DNA of 64,000 nucleotides from an uncultured bacterium (GTDB lineage Bacteria; Actinomycetota; Acidimicrobiia; Spongiisociales; ZC4RG35): NCBI GenBank assembly GCA_963792365.1, contig CAWBVW010000001.1, positions 359,312 to 423,311 of the forward strand, read 5' to 3'. Shown piece by piece: positions 18,031 to 26,820 of this stretch (position 1 is its first letter; each line of letters starts with the position of its first letter). The notes under the pieces were generated by a model. It saw only the letters and a program-made list of their open reading frames with translations, ran no database searches and was not told where the DNA came from. The position numbers and the translations under genes were made by a program.

Positions 18031-18984
18031 TCACCAGATGACGGGGATGAAACGGCGGGGAACACGCACCCGGTACGACGAGTACTCGGGATGGGCGAGC
18101 GTGAGGGCACGTTCCTCCATGCCCGACTTGTAACGGAACAGCACGGCCAGCGCGATCAGCGGCACCAACGCCCACGACGACGCCAAGGTGATCGAGGCAC
18201 CGACACCTCCGAGCAGGAGCCCGCCGTAGATGGGATGTCGCACCATCCCGAACACGCCACGCTGCACGAGACTCGCGCCCGGACGGGGATCGGGGAGCGC
18301 GGACAAATCAGTCCCCAGAGCGAGCAGGGCGCCTACTGCGAGAAACCCGCCGAGCGCCGCCACGGCCACGCCCAACGTGAGCTGCCAAGCCTCCGGTTCG
18401 AGGTCGCCCGTGAACACCGCAACAGCGGCGAAGACGAGAAACAGGACGAACTGCAGGCCCACGAGCACATGACCGAGCATTCCCAGTCGGGGTTGATCGA
18501 CAACCCAATCACCTGCCCAGCGGAACACCCCGCCCGGCGGAACCGCGGCCAGAGCTGCGGCCGCCGACAGACTGGACGAGACCATCACGTCCGGTGCGAT
18601 CTCAGCAACCGGTTCGAGCACGAATCGCCGCTCGATCGCCCGGGGGTGTGGCACCTCGAGTGCGGCCTCGTCGATGATCTCGTCACCATGAGAGATGAGG
18701 TCGATGTCCAGCGTTCGGGGTCCCCACTGGATGTCCCGGACACGTCCGGCGTCTCGTTCGATCGCCAATACCGCATCGAGAAGATCACGCGCCGACAGTT
18801 CCGTGTCGATCAAGACGGCAGCGTTCAGGAAACGGCCTTGGACCGGGCCGCCCACCGGATCTGTCTCGTACAGCGACGATACCGCGACGACAGAGCCGAG
18901 TTCGCCGATGCGCAACACCGCGGTGCGCATGTGCTCGAGGCGATCTCCGATGTTCGAGCCCAGCGCCAGCACCGACCTCGTCAT
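18031..18984 (-). CDS. folK: HPPK (FolK) fused to a C-terminal 4-TM domain with ICMT/PEMT-like motifs
   Basis: N-terminal ~150 aa is HPPK (MTRSVLALGSNIGDRLEHMRTAV...DPVGGP...LDIDLI). The C-terminal ~160 aa is hydrophobic and carries ...GMVRHPIYGGLLLGGVGASI...EERAL... typical of isoprenylcysteine carboxyl / phospholipid methyltransferase-family membrane proteins. Confidence 0.75.
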   Translation of the reverse strand: MTRSVLALGSNIGDRLEHMRTAVLRIGELGSVVAVSSLYETDPVGGPVQGRFLNAAVLIDTELSARDLLDAVLAIERDAGRVRDIQWGPRTLDIDLISHGDEIIDEAALEVPHPRAIERRFVLEPVAEIAPDVMVSSSLSAAAALAAVPPGGVFRWAGDWVVDQPRLGMLGHVLVGLQFVLFLVFAAVAVFTGDLEPEAWQLTLGVAVAALGGFLAVGALLALGTDLSALPDPRPGASLVQRGVFGMVRHPIYGGLLLGGVGASITLASSWALVPLIALAVLFRYKSGMEERALTLAHPEYSSYRVRVPRRFIPVIW

Positions 18985-19343
18985 CGGGAGCGACTGATCT
19001 GGACGGCCACGTCCCTGAACGGCATCCCGATCGGCGCTTGCGGTTTGTGAACGACCACGACGACCGATCGACAGAGCCGGTATTCGTCCAGCACCGTCTC
19101 GGCGACCCGCTCGGCAACTCGCTCGATGAGCTGCCAGCGCTCGCCACCAACCACGGCATGCACGCGATGGGTCAGATCGGCGTAGTCGATGGTGGCCGTC
19201 AGATCATCGGTACGCCCCGCCTCGCCCAGATCGAGGTGAAGGGTCACATCGACCACGAAGGGCTGCGGAAACTCGGACTCGTGCGGGCTACAGCCATGTG
19301 TTCCGTAGACCTCGATGCCCGAGACCGCAAGGGAGTCGCTCAC
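18981..19343 (-). CDS. folB: Dihydroneopterin aldolase
   Basis: 120 aa. ...IEVYGTHGCSPHESEFPQPFVVDVTLHLDL... is the FolB fold. 4-nt overlaps with both neighbours. Confidence 0.9.
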   Translation of the reverse strand: MSDSLAVSGIEVYGTHGCSPHESEFPQPFVVDVTLHLDLGEAGRTDDLTATIDYADLTHRVHAVVGGERWQLIERVAERVAETVLDEYRLCRSVVVVVHKPQAPIGMPFRDVAVQISRSR

Positions 19344-19825
19344 GATTCGCCCGCGGGGCCGGGTATGAGCGCCCGTCCCTCCGGGCCGAGCGGACGCCCG
19401 AGGATCTCCTGGATGATGGCCGCTGCCAGGATTCGATCGTCCAGCAGTCCGGAAACGATCAGATACCCACCCAGCATGCCGGCCAGAACGTCGTCGATGA
19501 CCTCACGATGGACGAGGACGCGAGCATGAGGATCGGACAGCGCCTCGTCCAGAGCTGCATAGAGCTTGGCGGGGAAGGACTTGTCCAGGTCTGTCATCGG
19601 CACCGAGATCGTCCGGATCCCGGCGGCCGCATACGCCCCGACGTTCTGATTGCCGGGCAGCAGATTGACGACACAGGTGATCTTGGCCTCTGACACGAGC
19701 CAGGTGATCTCCTCTTCGCGCCTCACACGCCGATGCTGGAAACCGTTGCCCCCGATACGTTCCGACACGGCGAGCCGGTCGGAGATGATCCAAGTGAATC
19801 CTCTGGGTTTGAGTCCGGTGATCAT
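19340..19825 (-). CDS. Dual-specificity/tyrosine-phosphatase-fold protein lacking the catalytic Cys and Arg (pseudo-phosphatase), inserted between folP and folB
   Basis: 161 aa. The DSP-like layout (...ITCVVNLL...GIRTISVPMTD...ARVLVHREVIDDVLAGMLGGYLI) has HR in place of the HC(x5)R P-loop. 4-nt overlaps with folP (19822-19825) and folB (19340-19343). Confidence 0.4.
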   Translation of the reverse strand: MITGLKPRGFTWIISDRLAVSERIGGNGFQHRRVRREEEITWLVSEAKITCVVNLLPGNQNVGAYAAAGIRTISVPMTDLDKSFPAKLYAALDEALSDPHARVLVHREVIDDVLAGMLGGYLIVSGLLDDRILAAAIIQEILGRPLGPEGRALIPGPAGES

Positions 19826-20694
19826 GTACTGCTGTCTGAGGAGTAGGCGCGAACGTCAACGATAGCCCGGGCTAGCAGCGCGGCATGGCGTGAGGCCAAG
19901 GGATCATGAACTCTCACTGCAGCCGCCCCCCGTTCGATTGCGAGCGCGGTGGTGACCGCAGTGGCGCCGTCTCTCGTGCGAGGATCCGGAAGATCCAAGA
20001 GGGTTCCGAGGAAGCTCTTTCGAGACGTGCCGACCATCACCGGCCATCCCAAGGCCGCGATCTCACCGAGGCGCGCCAGGAGTGCCAGGTTGTGTGCGGG
20101 GGTCTTGCCGAACCCGATGCCGGGGTCGAGACAGATGCGATCAGAGCTCATGCCCTCTGCCAAACACAGTTCGGCCTGGGCTTCGAGGTACGACGCCACC
20201 TCTCCAACCACATCGTCATAGTCGGGAGCTTCTTGCATCGTGCGCGGAAGGCCACGCATGTGCATGACAACCACCCCCGCCCCCCGATCGATCGCAACTC
20301 GACGCATCCCGGCATCGCGAAGTCCGCTGACGTCGTTGACGATCTCAGCGCCAGCGTCGAGGGCGGCTGCCGCCACCTCCACCTTCATCGTGTCGATCGA
20401 GACGATCGTGCCGGTGGAAGCGAGCTCCTCCACGACGGGAATCACACGACCGAGTTCGACATCCACGCTCACCGACTCGGCACCGGGCCTCGTCGACTCA
20501 CCCCCGACGTCGACGATGTCGGCGCCGGCCGCCACCAGCGCACGCCCAAACGAGATCGCCTCCGCCGGATCGACGTGATCTCCCCCATCGGAGAAGCTGT
20601 CGGGAGTGACGTTCAGGATCCCCATGATCACGGGACTCGACAGATCCAGCGTGCGCGACCTGAGCCGCCACCCCCGATCCGTTGCGTCGACCAT
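19822..20694 (-). CDS. folP: Dihydropteroate synthase
   Basis: From ATG at 20694. ...VIMGILNVTPDSFSDGG...IVDVGGESTRPGA...GTSRKSF... are DHPS hallmarks. The 47-aa upstream extension in the ORF track is Arg/Pro-rich and overlaps the ftsH stop region. Confidence 0.9.
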   Translation of the reverse strand: MVDATDRGWRLRSRTLDLSSPVIMGILNVTPDSFSDGGDHVDPAEAISFGRALVAAGADIVDVGGESTRPGAESVSVDVELGRVIPVVEELASTGTIVSIDTMKVEVAAAALDAGAEIVNDVSGLRDAGMRRVAIDRGAGVVVMHMRGLPRTMQEAPDYDDVVGEVASYLEAQAELCLAEGMSSDRICLDPGIGFGKTPAHNLALLARLGEIAALGWPVMVGTSRKSFLGTLLDLPDPRTRDGATAVTTALAIERGAAAVRVHDPLASRHAALLARAIVDVRAYSSDSST

Positions 20695-20707
20695 GCGGGC
20701 TGTCCGG

Positions 20708-22636
20708 TCAGTGGGTCGAGCGCGTGGGTTCGGTCTGCTGGGCGGCCGCGATCCCGCCGTTCGAGGGAGCCGACGCCGACGGACGGCGAATCCGTAGCTC
20801 GCCCCCGGCTGCATGCTCCCACTTGGGTACATCATGGAAGACGCTGGCGACCTCGTCCCGATCGAGCGTCTCCCGCTCGATCAGCTCCACGGAGAGCCGA
20901 TGGAGAGCGTCGAGGTGGGCCGAGATGATCTCGCGCGCCTCGTCGTGCGCAGCGCTTATCAGCGCGCGCACTTCTTCGTCGATCCAGGCGGCCACCTCGT
21001 CGGAATAGTCGGCCTGACGTGTGTAGTCACGCCCCAGGAAGACCTCACCGTTGGCATGGCCGTATTTCATCGGACCGAGCCGATCGCTCATTCCGAACTC
21101 CATCACCATGCGGCGGGCGAGGGCGGTCGCCTTCTCGATGTCGTTGGAAGCACCGGTGGACGGGTCGCCGAACACGATCTCCTCGGCGGTACGCCCGCCG
21201 AGGGCGTAGGCCAGCTCATCCACCATCTCGCTCCGGCGCTTGTAGTACCGGTCTTCGGTGGGGAGCGCCAGTGTGTATCCGCCGGCCCGGCCTCGCGGGA
21301 TGATGGTCACCTTGTGGATGGGGTCGAGGTGCGGCAACGCGAAGCCCACGAGCGCATGTCCACCCTCGTGATAAGCCGTGAGCTTCTTCTCGTCGTCCGA
21401 CATCACTCGCGTCTTGCGCTCTGGCCCGGCCATCACCCGATCTATGGCCTCTTCCAGCTCGTCCATGCCGATCTTCGTCTTCCGCCGACGCGCCGTGAGC
21501 AGGGCGGCCTCGTTGATCAGGTTGGCGAGATCGGCTCCGGTGAAACCGGGCGTGCGACGGGCGAGCACTGCGAGCTCGACGTCGGTGTCGAACGGCTTGC
21601 CACGAGCATGGACACCGAGGATGCCTTCACGGCCTCTGATGTCAGGGGCGTCGATGATGATCTGCCGATCGAAACGTCCGGGCCGGAGCAGGGCCGGGTC
21701 GAGGATGTCGGGCCGGTTCGTGGCGGCCATGACGATCACACCCGTGTTGCCTTCGAACCCGTCCAACTCGACCAGGAGCTGGTTCAGCGTCTGCTCACGC
21801 TCGTCGTGTCCGCCACCGAGACCGGCTCCACGATGGCGGCCGACCGCATCGATCTCGTCGATGAACACGATCGCCGGTGCGTTCTGCTTGGCCTGATCGA
21901 ACAGGTCGCGAACGCGGCTGGCGCCAACACCAACGAACATCTCAACGAAGTCCGATCCGGAGATCGACAGGAACGGAACGCCTGCCTCTCCGGCGATGGC
22001 ACGGGCCAACAGCGTCTTTCCGGTACCGGGGGGTCCGAAGAGGAGCACACCCTTGGGGATCTTGGCGCCCAGGGCGCGGTACTTGTCGGGGTGTGACAGG
22101 AAGTCTTTGATCTCTTCCAGCTCTTCGATGGCCTCGTCGATACCGGCCACGTCTTTGAAGCTGACTTTCGGCTGGTCCTTGCTGATGGTCTTCGCCTTGG
22201 CCTTCCCGAATTGCATGACCCGGTTTCCCGATCCCTGCATCTGCATGAAGATGAAGACCATGAATCCGATCAGGAAGAGCCACGGGAGGAACCCGATCAG
22301 GATCTCGAAGAAGCTGGGCGGTTCAACGTCGTCTTCGACTTCGACGCCGGCCGCGAGCACCTTGGCGGTGATGTCTCCTTCGTACTGCTCGGGATACTTG
22401 ACCACGAAGTCGTACGCGTCCTCGGCCGCACTGGAGTCGACGAAGCGGCCGCGGATGCGGTCGCTCCGCTCGAGGATGACCACCTCTGCGATCTCGCCGG
22501 CCTCGAGCCGGTTCTCGAAGTCGGATAGAACGATCTCGGTCGGCGCGGAGATCTGGTCGAACCACTGCTGGGCTACGACTGCGAGTACGGCGAAGACCAA
22601 GCCGTAGATGAGCAGCGTACGGAAGGTGCGGTTCAA
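20708..22636 (-). CDS. ftsH: ATP-dependent zinc metalloprotease FtsH
   Basis: 642 aa. Two N-terminal TMs, Walker [26 protein letters not shown], and the zinc site HEGGHALVG. Confidence 0.95.
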   Translation of the reverse strand: MNRTFRTLLIYGLVFAVLAVVAQQWFDQISAPTEIVLSDFENRLEAGEIAEVVILERSDRIRGRFVDSSAAEDAYDFVVKYPEQYEGDITAKVLAAGVEVEDDVEPPSFFEILIGFLPWLFLIGFMVFIFMQMQGSGNRVMQFGKAKAKTISKDQPKVSFKDVAGIDEAIEELEEIKDFLSHPDKYRALGAKIPKGVLLFGPPGTGKTLLARAIAGEAGVPFLSISGSDFVEMFVGVGASRVRDLFDQAKQNAPAIVFIDEIDAVGRHRGAGLGGGHDEREQTLNQLLVELDGFEGNTGVIVMAATNRPDILDPALLRPGRFDRQIIIDAPDIRGREGILGVHARGKPFDTDVELAVLARRTPGFTGADLANLINEAALLTARRRKTKIGMDELEEAIDRVMAGPERKTRVMSDDEKKLTAYHEGGHALVGFALPHLDPIHKVTIIPRGRAGGYTLALPTEDRYYKRRSEMVDELAYALGGRTAEEIVFGDPSTGASNDIEKATALARRMVMEFGMSDRLGPMKYGHANGEVFLGRDYTRQADYSDEVAAWIDEEVRALISAAHDEAREIISAHLDALHRLSVELIERETLDRDEVASVFHDVPKWEHAAGGELRIRRPSASAPSNGGIAAAQQTEPTRSTH

Positions 22637-22843
22637 GGTCAGCCTCTGGTCGGTTGAGTCATGGGGTTGTCAGAAGAACGGCGGGAGTTCACACGGAGTC
22701 GGAGACGCTCACGGTCGCACCGCTCACGTCGGCGAGTGGCAGGCGACACCGAGCTCCGGCTGTTCCTCCGAGACCACATGGTACGGGACGATCCCGCCTA
22801 AGGGAACCTGAAGCGGTCGACAACCGGCGCGCAACGTGCTGAC

Positions 22844-23371
22844 TCATTCCGGGTCGCCTTCCATGACACCCACGTAGGGGAGGTTTCGGTATCGACCGGC
22901 GTAGTCGAGCCCGTATCCGATCACGAACTCAGGACCGATCTCGAAGCACGGATACTTGACGTCGATCGGCACCCGCTGAATGCCACTCTTGACGAGGAGA
23001 GCAGCGATTTCGATCGACTCGGGTTTGCGTACCCGAAGGGATTTCATCAGGTAGTTGAGGGTGAGTCCCGAGTCGATGATGTCCTCGACGATGAGAACGT
23101 TGCGGTCGGCGATCTCCTGGTCGAGATCCTTGAGGATGCGCACGACACCAGACGTCTGAGTCGATGCGCCGTACGAGCTCACCGCCATGAAGTCGAACTC
23201 GACGGGAAGGTCGATGTGTCGCGCCAAGTCGGCCATCACCATGAAGGCCCCCTTCAGCACGCCGACGACCAGGAGGTCCCGGTCGTGATAGTCGGCGGTG
23301 ATCTGAGCACCGACCTCGGCGAGCTTTGCGTCGATCTCCTCAGCCGAAATGAGCGTTCGAATGCTTCCCAA
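22844..23371 (-). CDS. hpt: Hypoxanthine-guanine phosphoribosyltransferase
   Basis: The PRPP-binding motif VLIVEDIIDSGLTL and core ...DLLVVGVLKGAFMVMADL.... Likely TTG start at 23371 (GAGGA 6 nt upstream), giving (M)GSIRTLISAEEI... The ATG at 23428 is an alternative. Confidence 0.8.
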   Translation of the reverse strand: MGSIRTLISAEEIDAKLAEVGAQITADYHDRDLLVVGVLKGAFMVMADLARHIDLPVEFDFMAVSSYGASTQTSGVVRILKDLDQEIADRNVLIVEDIIDSGLTLNYLMKSLRVRKPESIEIAALLVKSGIQRVPIDVKYPCFEIGPEFVIGYGLDYAGRYRNLPYVGVMEGDPE

Positions 23372-23449
23372 CGAAGATCCTCTGTCGCGAGGTCGCCAAG
23401 GTAGTTCACCGGTCTCGTCGGAGCACAACCGAAACGGTGCTCGATGTGC

Positions 23450-24394
23450 TCAGGGTCGTCCAGCACCGATCGTGAACCGGAGCCAATCACCCTCGACGTC
23501 CACTGTGAGCCGGCCGATCTCGGAGCGCCGCACGCGCCGGCGGGCCACATCCAGTGCCGTATCGACCACCCGAAGTGGCGGCGAATACGGCGGCTCGAGT
23601 GTCCTGATCGCCTGTCGCACGGCCCTCGCTGCGATCCCAGGATGGACGGACAGCAGCCCGGTGAGCGACAACCTGACCGCATCCGTCGTCACTACCCTGT
23701 CGATCTCGGAGGCGAGATCTTCGAGAGTTGAGACATCCCGCCGGATCACCTCAGCCGATCGATGCAACGTGGTCGACAGGCCAGCGCCGAACGTCGATTC
23801 GATAACCGGCAGAAGATCGTTCCGGATCCTGTTGCGGAGATGTCGCCTATCGAGGTTGGAAGGGTCATCAAACCAGGGCATCCCTGTGAGCGCCGCCATC
23901 TCGCGTGCGTCCGACCTGCTCGAGTCGAGGAGCGGACGGACATAGGGGGGTTCGCAGTGTCCCATGCCTGCAAGCCCATCGAGCCCCGACCCCCGAACGA
24001 GGCGCATGAGCACGGTCTCGACCTGATCGTCACGGGTGTGGCCGACCACGAGCCATTCTGCCGGCCCGAGTGACCGCGTCAGCGCATCATGACGAACCGA
24101 CCGCGCACGGGCCTCGTAGCTCGAACCCTCCGGAACCTCGACCCGCTCGACGGTGAGTGGGATCGAAAGTCGGTTCGCGATCGACACCGCAGCGACAGCA
24201 AGCCGATCGGCCGCCGCCGATCCATGATGGACGTGGATCGCCCGCACGCTCCGGCCGGAATCCACGGACAACCAGGCGGCCGCCGCCGAATCGGCCCCAC
24301 CAGACAGCCCGACGACCAGGTCGCCTCCCGGGCAATCGTGGAGAACGGAGCGCGGCTGGGCAGCGAGCTGGGTCAGCCGACGCGGTTCAGCCAT
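23450..24394 (-). CDS. tilS: tRNA(Ile)-lysidine synthetase
   Basis: PP-loop LVVGLSGGADSAAAAWL and the TilS core. Start taken at the ATG at 24394. The ORF track's ATG at 24469 is an alternative that overlaps the upstream gene. Confidence 0.85.
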   Translation of the reverse strand: MAEPRRLTQLAAQPRSVLHDCPGGDLVVGLSGGADSAAAAWLSVDSGRSVRAIHVHHGSAAADRLAVAAVSIANRLSIPLTVERVEVPEGSSYEARARSVRHDALTRSLGPAEWLVVGHTRDDQVETVLMRLVRGSGLDGLAGMGHCEPPYVRPLLDSSRSDAREMAALTGMPWFDDPSNLDRRHLRNRIRNDLLPVIESTFGAGLSTTLHRSAEVIRRDVSTLEDLASEIDRVVTTDAVRLSLTGLLSVHPGIAARAVRQAIRTLEPPYSPPLRVVDTALDVARRRVRRSEIGRLTVDVEGDWLRFTIGAGRP

Positions 24395-25419
24395 GACTGC
24401 GGATCTTCGATCTCGGCGATCGTGGGCACGGCATCTGGTCCACTCCACGCCCGATCGAGGGCCGACCAACCGGCTGCGGCCTCGACCCCTTTCACGAATC
24501 GCTCACCCGCTTCGTACTGACGCATTTTCATCTCCATGCCGGTGAGGCGAAAGAACCAGGCGATCTTCGGATCGGTGCGACGGGCTTTGAGCATGGCGGA
24601 CATCCGTGCCTGTCCCGGGAGGATCCGCTCACCGACCCGATCCATCACCACATGGCCGTGACCCTCCAAGAGCGACATCAGCGCCTGAACACGATCGAGA
24701 GCCTCTCCTCGCTTCGGCGAGGCGAAGAGGCCCATCAGACCTCGTTCGTCGATCAGCGGTTCACCTGCTCGGCGCGCGGACCGGTAGCTGGAGACGATGG
24801 TTCGAAGCCGGGATTCCTCGGGCGTCGAAGTGTCGACGAGCTCGTGGACCAAGCTCATGAAATAGTCGCGGAGCCACGGCACCCCGACGAACTGCGCTCG
24901 ATGGGCAGCCTCGTGGAGCGAGATCCACATGCGGAACTCGGCAGGCCGGAACTGGCGAGCACGCTCCATCTGCAGGATGTTCGCGCCCACGAATGCGATC
25001 GAGTCGGCGTCGTCACCCGAAGGGACGACCAGCTCGTACTGGCCCAGGACCCGCCGTGAGAGGAAACCGAGCAGCGCTCCGACCTCGGCACCCATCATCT
25101 TGTGTGCCAGCAGCCGAGCTGTGTCGTCGTCCAGACCATCCATCCGCTCGACCAGCCGGCGTTCTGCAGGTTCGATGAGTTGAGAAAACCCTGCGATGTT
25201 GCGTTCGGCCCACTCGCGCCGATCCACGATGATGACATCGGGCCGACCGGGTAGGGGGAGACCGGTCTCGGTGGACACCATCTCGTTGGCCGTCGCCACG
25301 ATCGGTGGCATCTCGGCCACGAGATGGTCGAAGTGGTAGGAATCGGCGAGACCGTACGTGCGGCCGACGAGTCCGGCGATGCGACCGGCGAAGGGCCACG
25401 GGCCTTCGTCGGTCGTCAC
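24373..25419 (-). CDS. Zinc-dependent metalloprotease (DUF2342 family)
   Basis: The HExxH motif (ISLHEAAHRAQF) and DUF2342-like sequence. Syntenic with Rv3626c-type genes next to tilS and hpt. Probable GTG start at 25419 forms a GTGA overlap with the upstream small ORF. Confidence 0.7.
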   Translation of the reverse strand: MTTDEGPWPFAGRIAGLVGRTYGLADSYHFDHLVAEMPPIVATANEMVSTETGLPLPGRPDVIIVDRREWAERNIAGFSQLIEPAERRLVERMDGLDDDTARLLAHKMMGAEVGALLGFLSRRVLGQYELVVPSGDDADSIAFVGANILQMERARQFRPAEFRMWISLHEAAHRAQFVGVPWLRDYFMSLVHELVDTSTPEESRLRTIVSSYRSARRAGEPLIDERGLMGLFASPKRGEALDRVQALMSLLEGHGHVVMDRVGERILPGQARMSAMLKARRTDPKIAWFFRLTGMEMKMRQYEAGERFVKGVEAAAGWSALDRAWSGPDAVPTIAEIEDPQSWLNRVG

Positions 25420-25724
25420 TCGACCGTCTTGTACCTGGTCCGAACGACCTTGACGAAGTACTGCACCACGGTTCCAAACACCAGAAGACCGGCGATCACA
25501 ATCGAGGTTGGAATCAGATACCTGATCGTCCAAGGCTGGAGAGCATCTGGTTCCGGGGTTTCGACGATCGAAACCGCCGGAGGCTTTGCGGGAGCGGACT
25601 CGTCGGCAACCGTGGTCTCGGTCGCCACCGTCGTCTCGGTTTCGGCGGCCCCCGCAATCGCGGGCAACAACATCGACGACAGAACTCCGATCAGGACGGC
25701 GATGGGGAACAGGCGGTTTCGCAT
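25416..25724 (-). CDS. Small secreted/membrane protein (signal peptide plus C-terminal TM), 102 aa
   Basis: MRNRLFPIAVLIGVLSSMLLPAIAGAAETETT... and a C-terminal helix IVIAGLLVFGTVVQYFVKVV. Stop overlaps the downstream start (GTGA). Confidence 0.45.
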   Translation of the reverse strand: MRNRLFPIAVLIGVLSSMLLPAIAGAAETETTVATETTVADESAPAKPPAVSIVETPEPDALQPWTIRYLIPTSIVIAGLLVFGTVVQYFVKVVRTRYKTVE

Positions 25725-25788
25725 GGCGCGGTGCAGCCTACCCCGCCCGGTGATGACCAGCGAACCATCTCGCCGACCGGACTATCGG

Positions 25789-26028
25789 TCAGTCGTCGCG
25801 GTGATGTGAGATGTGCGCCCGAAGCCGTTCCAGCATCTCAGGGGGCACCTCTTCTTGGAGTTTCGTCCTCACCACCACTCGCAGTCGCTCTTCGAAGACG
25901 AAGGCACCGCCGCACGGCGGACAGTCGTCGAGGTGGAACCGGATCCGCTCCGCCACCTGCTCGTCATCGAGCTCGTGATCGAGATACGTGTAGAGGTTGG
26001 CGAGGGCCTCATCACAATGGTCAGACAT
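25789..26028 (-). CDS. rshA: Anti-sigma factor, ZAS (zinc-associated) family, RsrA/RshA-like
   Basis: 79 aa. [10 protein letters not shown] contains the ZAS H-x3-C-x2-C motif. Overlaps the upstream ECF sigma gene by 8 nt (26021-26028). Confidence 0.8.
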   Translation of the reverse strand: MSDHCDEALANLYTYLDHELDDEQVAERIRFHLDDCPPCGGAFVFEERLRVVVRTKLQEEVPPEMLERLRAHISHHRDD

Positions 26029-26599
26029 CGGTCACCTCATCGGGGAGCAGGCCGCGTTCTCTTGCGAACTCCCACAACGCTCGCTGAAGCGCTTTTCTTC
26101 CCCGATGGAGCCGCGACATCACGGTTCCGATCGGGATGTCCAAGATCTCAGCGATCTCCTTGTAGGCAAAACCTTCGAGATCGGCGAGCAGGACCGGGAT
26201 TCGGAAGTTCTCGGGCAGCGCCTCGACGGCCCTCTTGATGTCGCTCTCAACCAACCCGTCGAGCACCTGATCTTCGACGCTGCGGGCCGCCTCCGCCGAC
26301 TGCTCAGACCCGAGCCGCCGGTAGAGATAGAGGTCTTCGACCTCGCCGAGATCGGTCTCGGTGGGGCGACGCTTATCCCGTCGGTACTTGTTGATGTACG
26401 TGTTGGTGAGGATGCGATACAGCCATGCCTTCAGGTTCGTTCCCGCCTCGAACGTGTTGTATGCCCGGTACGCCTTGAGGTAGGTCTCCTGGACGAGGTC
26501 CTCGGCGTCTGCCGGATTGCGAGTCATTCGCATGGCCGCGCTGAACAGCTGCGGTGCGTACTCCATCGCGTCTCGTTCGAAGTCGGCCTGGTCTGCCAC
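26021..26599 (-). CDS. sigH: ECF RNA polymerase sigma factor, SigH/SigR-like
   Basis: ...[73 protein letters not shown]... is near-identical in pattern to mycobacterial SigH. Start set at GTG 26599 (or ATG 26566). The ORF-track N-terminal extension to 26794 runs antisense through a tRNA. Confidence 0.85.
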   Translation of the reverse strand: MADQADFERDAMEYAPQLFSAAMRMTRNPADAEDLVQETYLKAYRAYNTFEAGTNLKAWLYRILTNTYINKYRRDKRRPTETDLGEVEDLYLYRRLGSEQSAEAARSVEDQVLDGLVESDIKRAVEALPENFRIPVLLADLEGFAYKEIAEILDIPIGTVMSRLHRGRKALQRALWEFARERGLLPDEVTDV

Positions 26600-26680
26600 G
26601 GCCGAGACGGTAGCAAGCCCGGCGTGGCACCAAACCTCGGTTCCCGAGGCGTCCGGACCCACTATCCTTGCGGGCCGACT

Positions 26681-26752
26681 GCCGGGGTAGCTCAGGGGTA
26701 GAGCAACGCACTCGTAATGCGTAGGTCGGGGGTTCAAATCCCCCCCTCGGCT
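26681..26752 (+). tRNA. tRNA-Thr (anticodon CGT)
   Basis: The cloverleaf was folded by hand. Acceptor GCCGGGG/CCTCGGC (one G-U), D-arm GCTC-AGGGGTA-GAGC, anticodon arm ACGCA-CTCGTAA-TGCGT (T33, anticodon CGT, A37), T-arm GGGGG-TTCAAAT-CCCCC. No CCA is encoded. Confidence 0.85.
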
Positions 26753-26792
26753 CTGTTTCTTGCGGCCGGACTTTCGGTCCGGTGCGACTATC

Positions 26793-26820
26793 ACGTATTA
26801 CGTATTACGTATTACGTATT
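26793..26820. repeat. Heptanucleotide tandem repeat (ACGTATT)x4, preceded by a CCGGAC-TTTC-GGTCCGG hairpin (26766-26782)
   Basis: Read directly. Four exact tandem copies lie between the tRNA-Thr and the 3' end of holB. The last copy overlaps the final codons of holB. Confidence 0.9.

Noticed and set aside
26600-26794. N-terminal 66 aa of the ORF-track sigma-factor ORF ([33 protein letters not shown]...)
   Set aside because: This segment is the reverse-strand translation of the tRNA-Thr gene (26681-26752). The real sigH start is downstream (GTG 26599 or ATG 26566).
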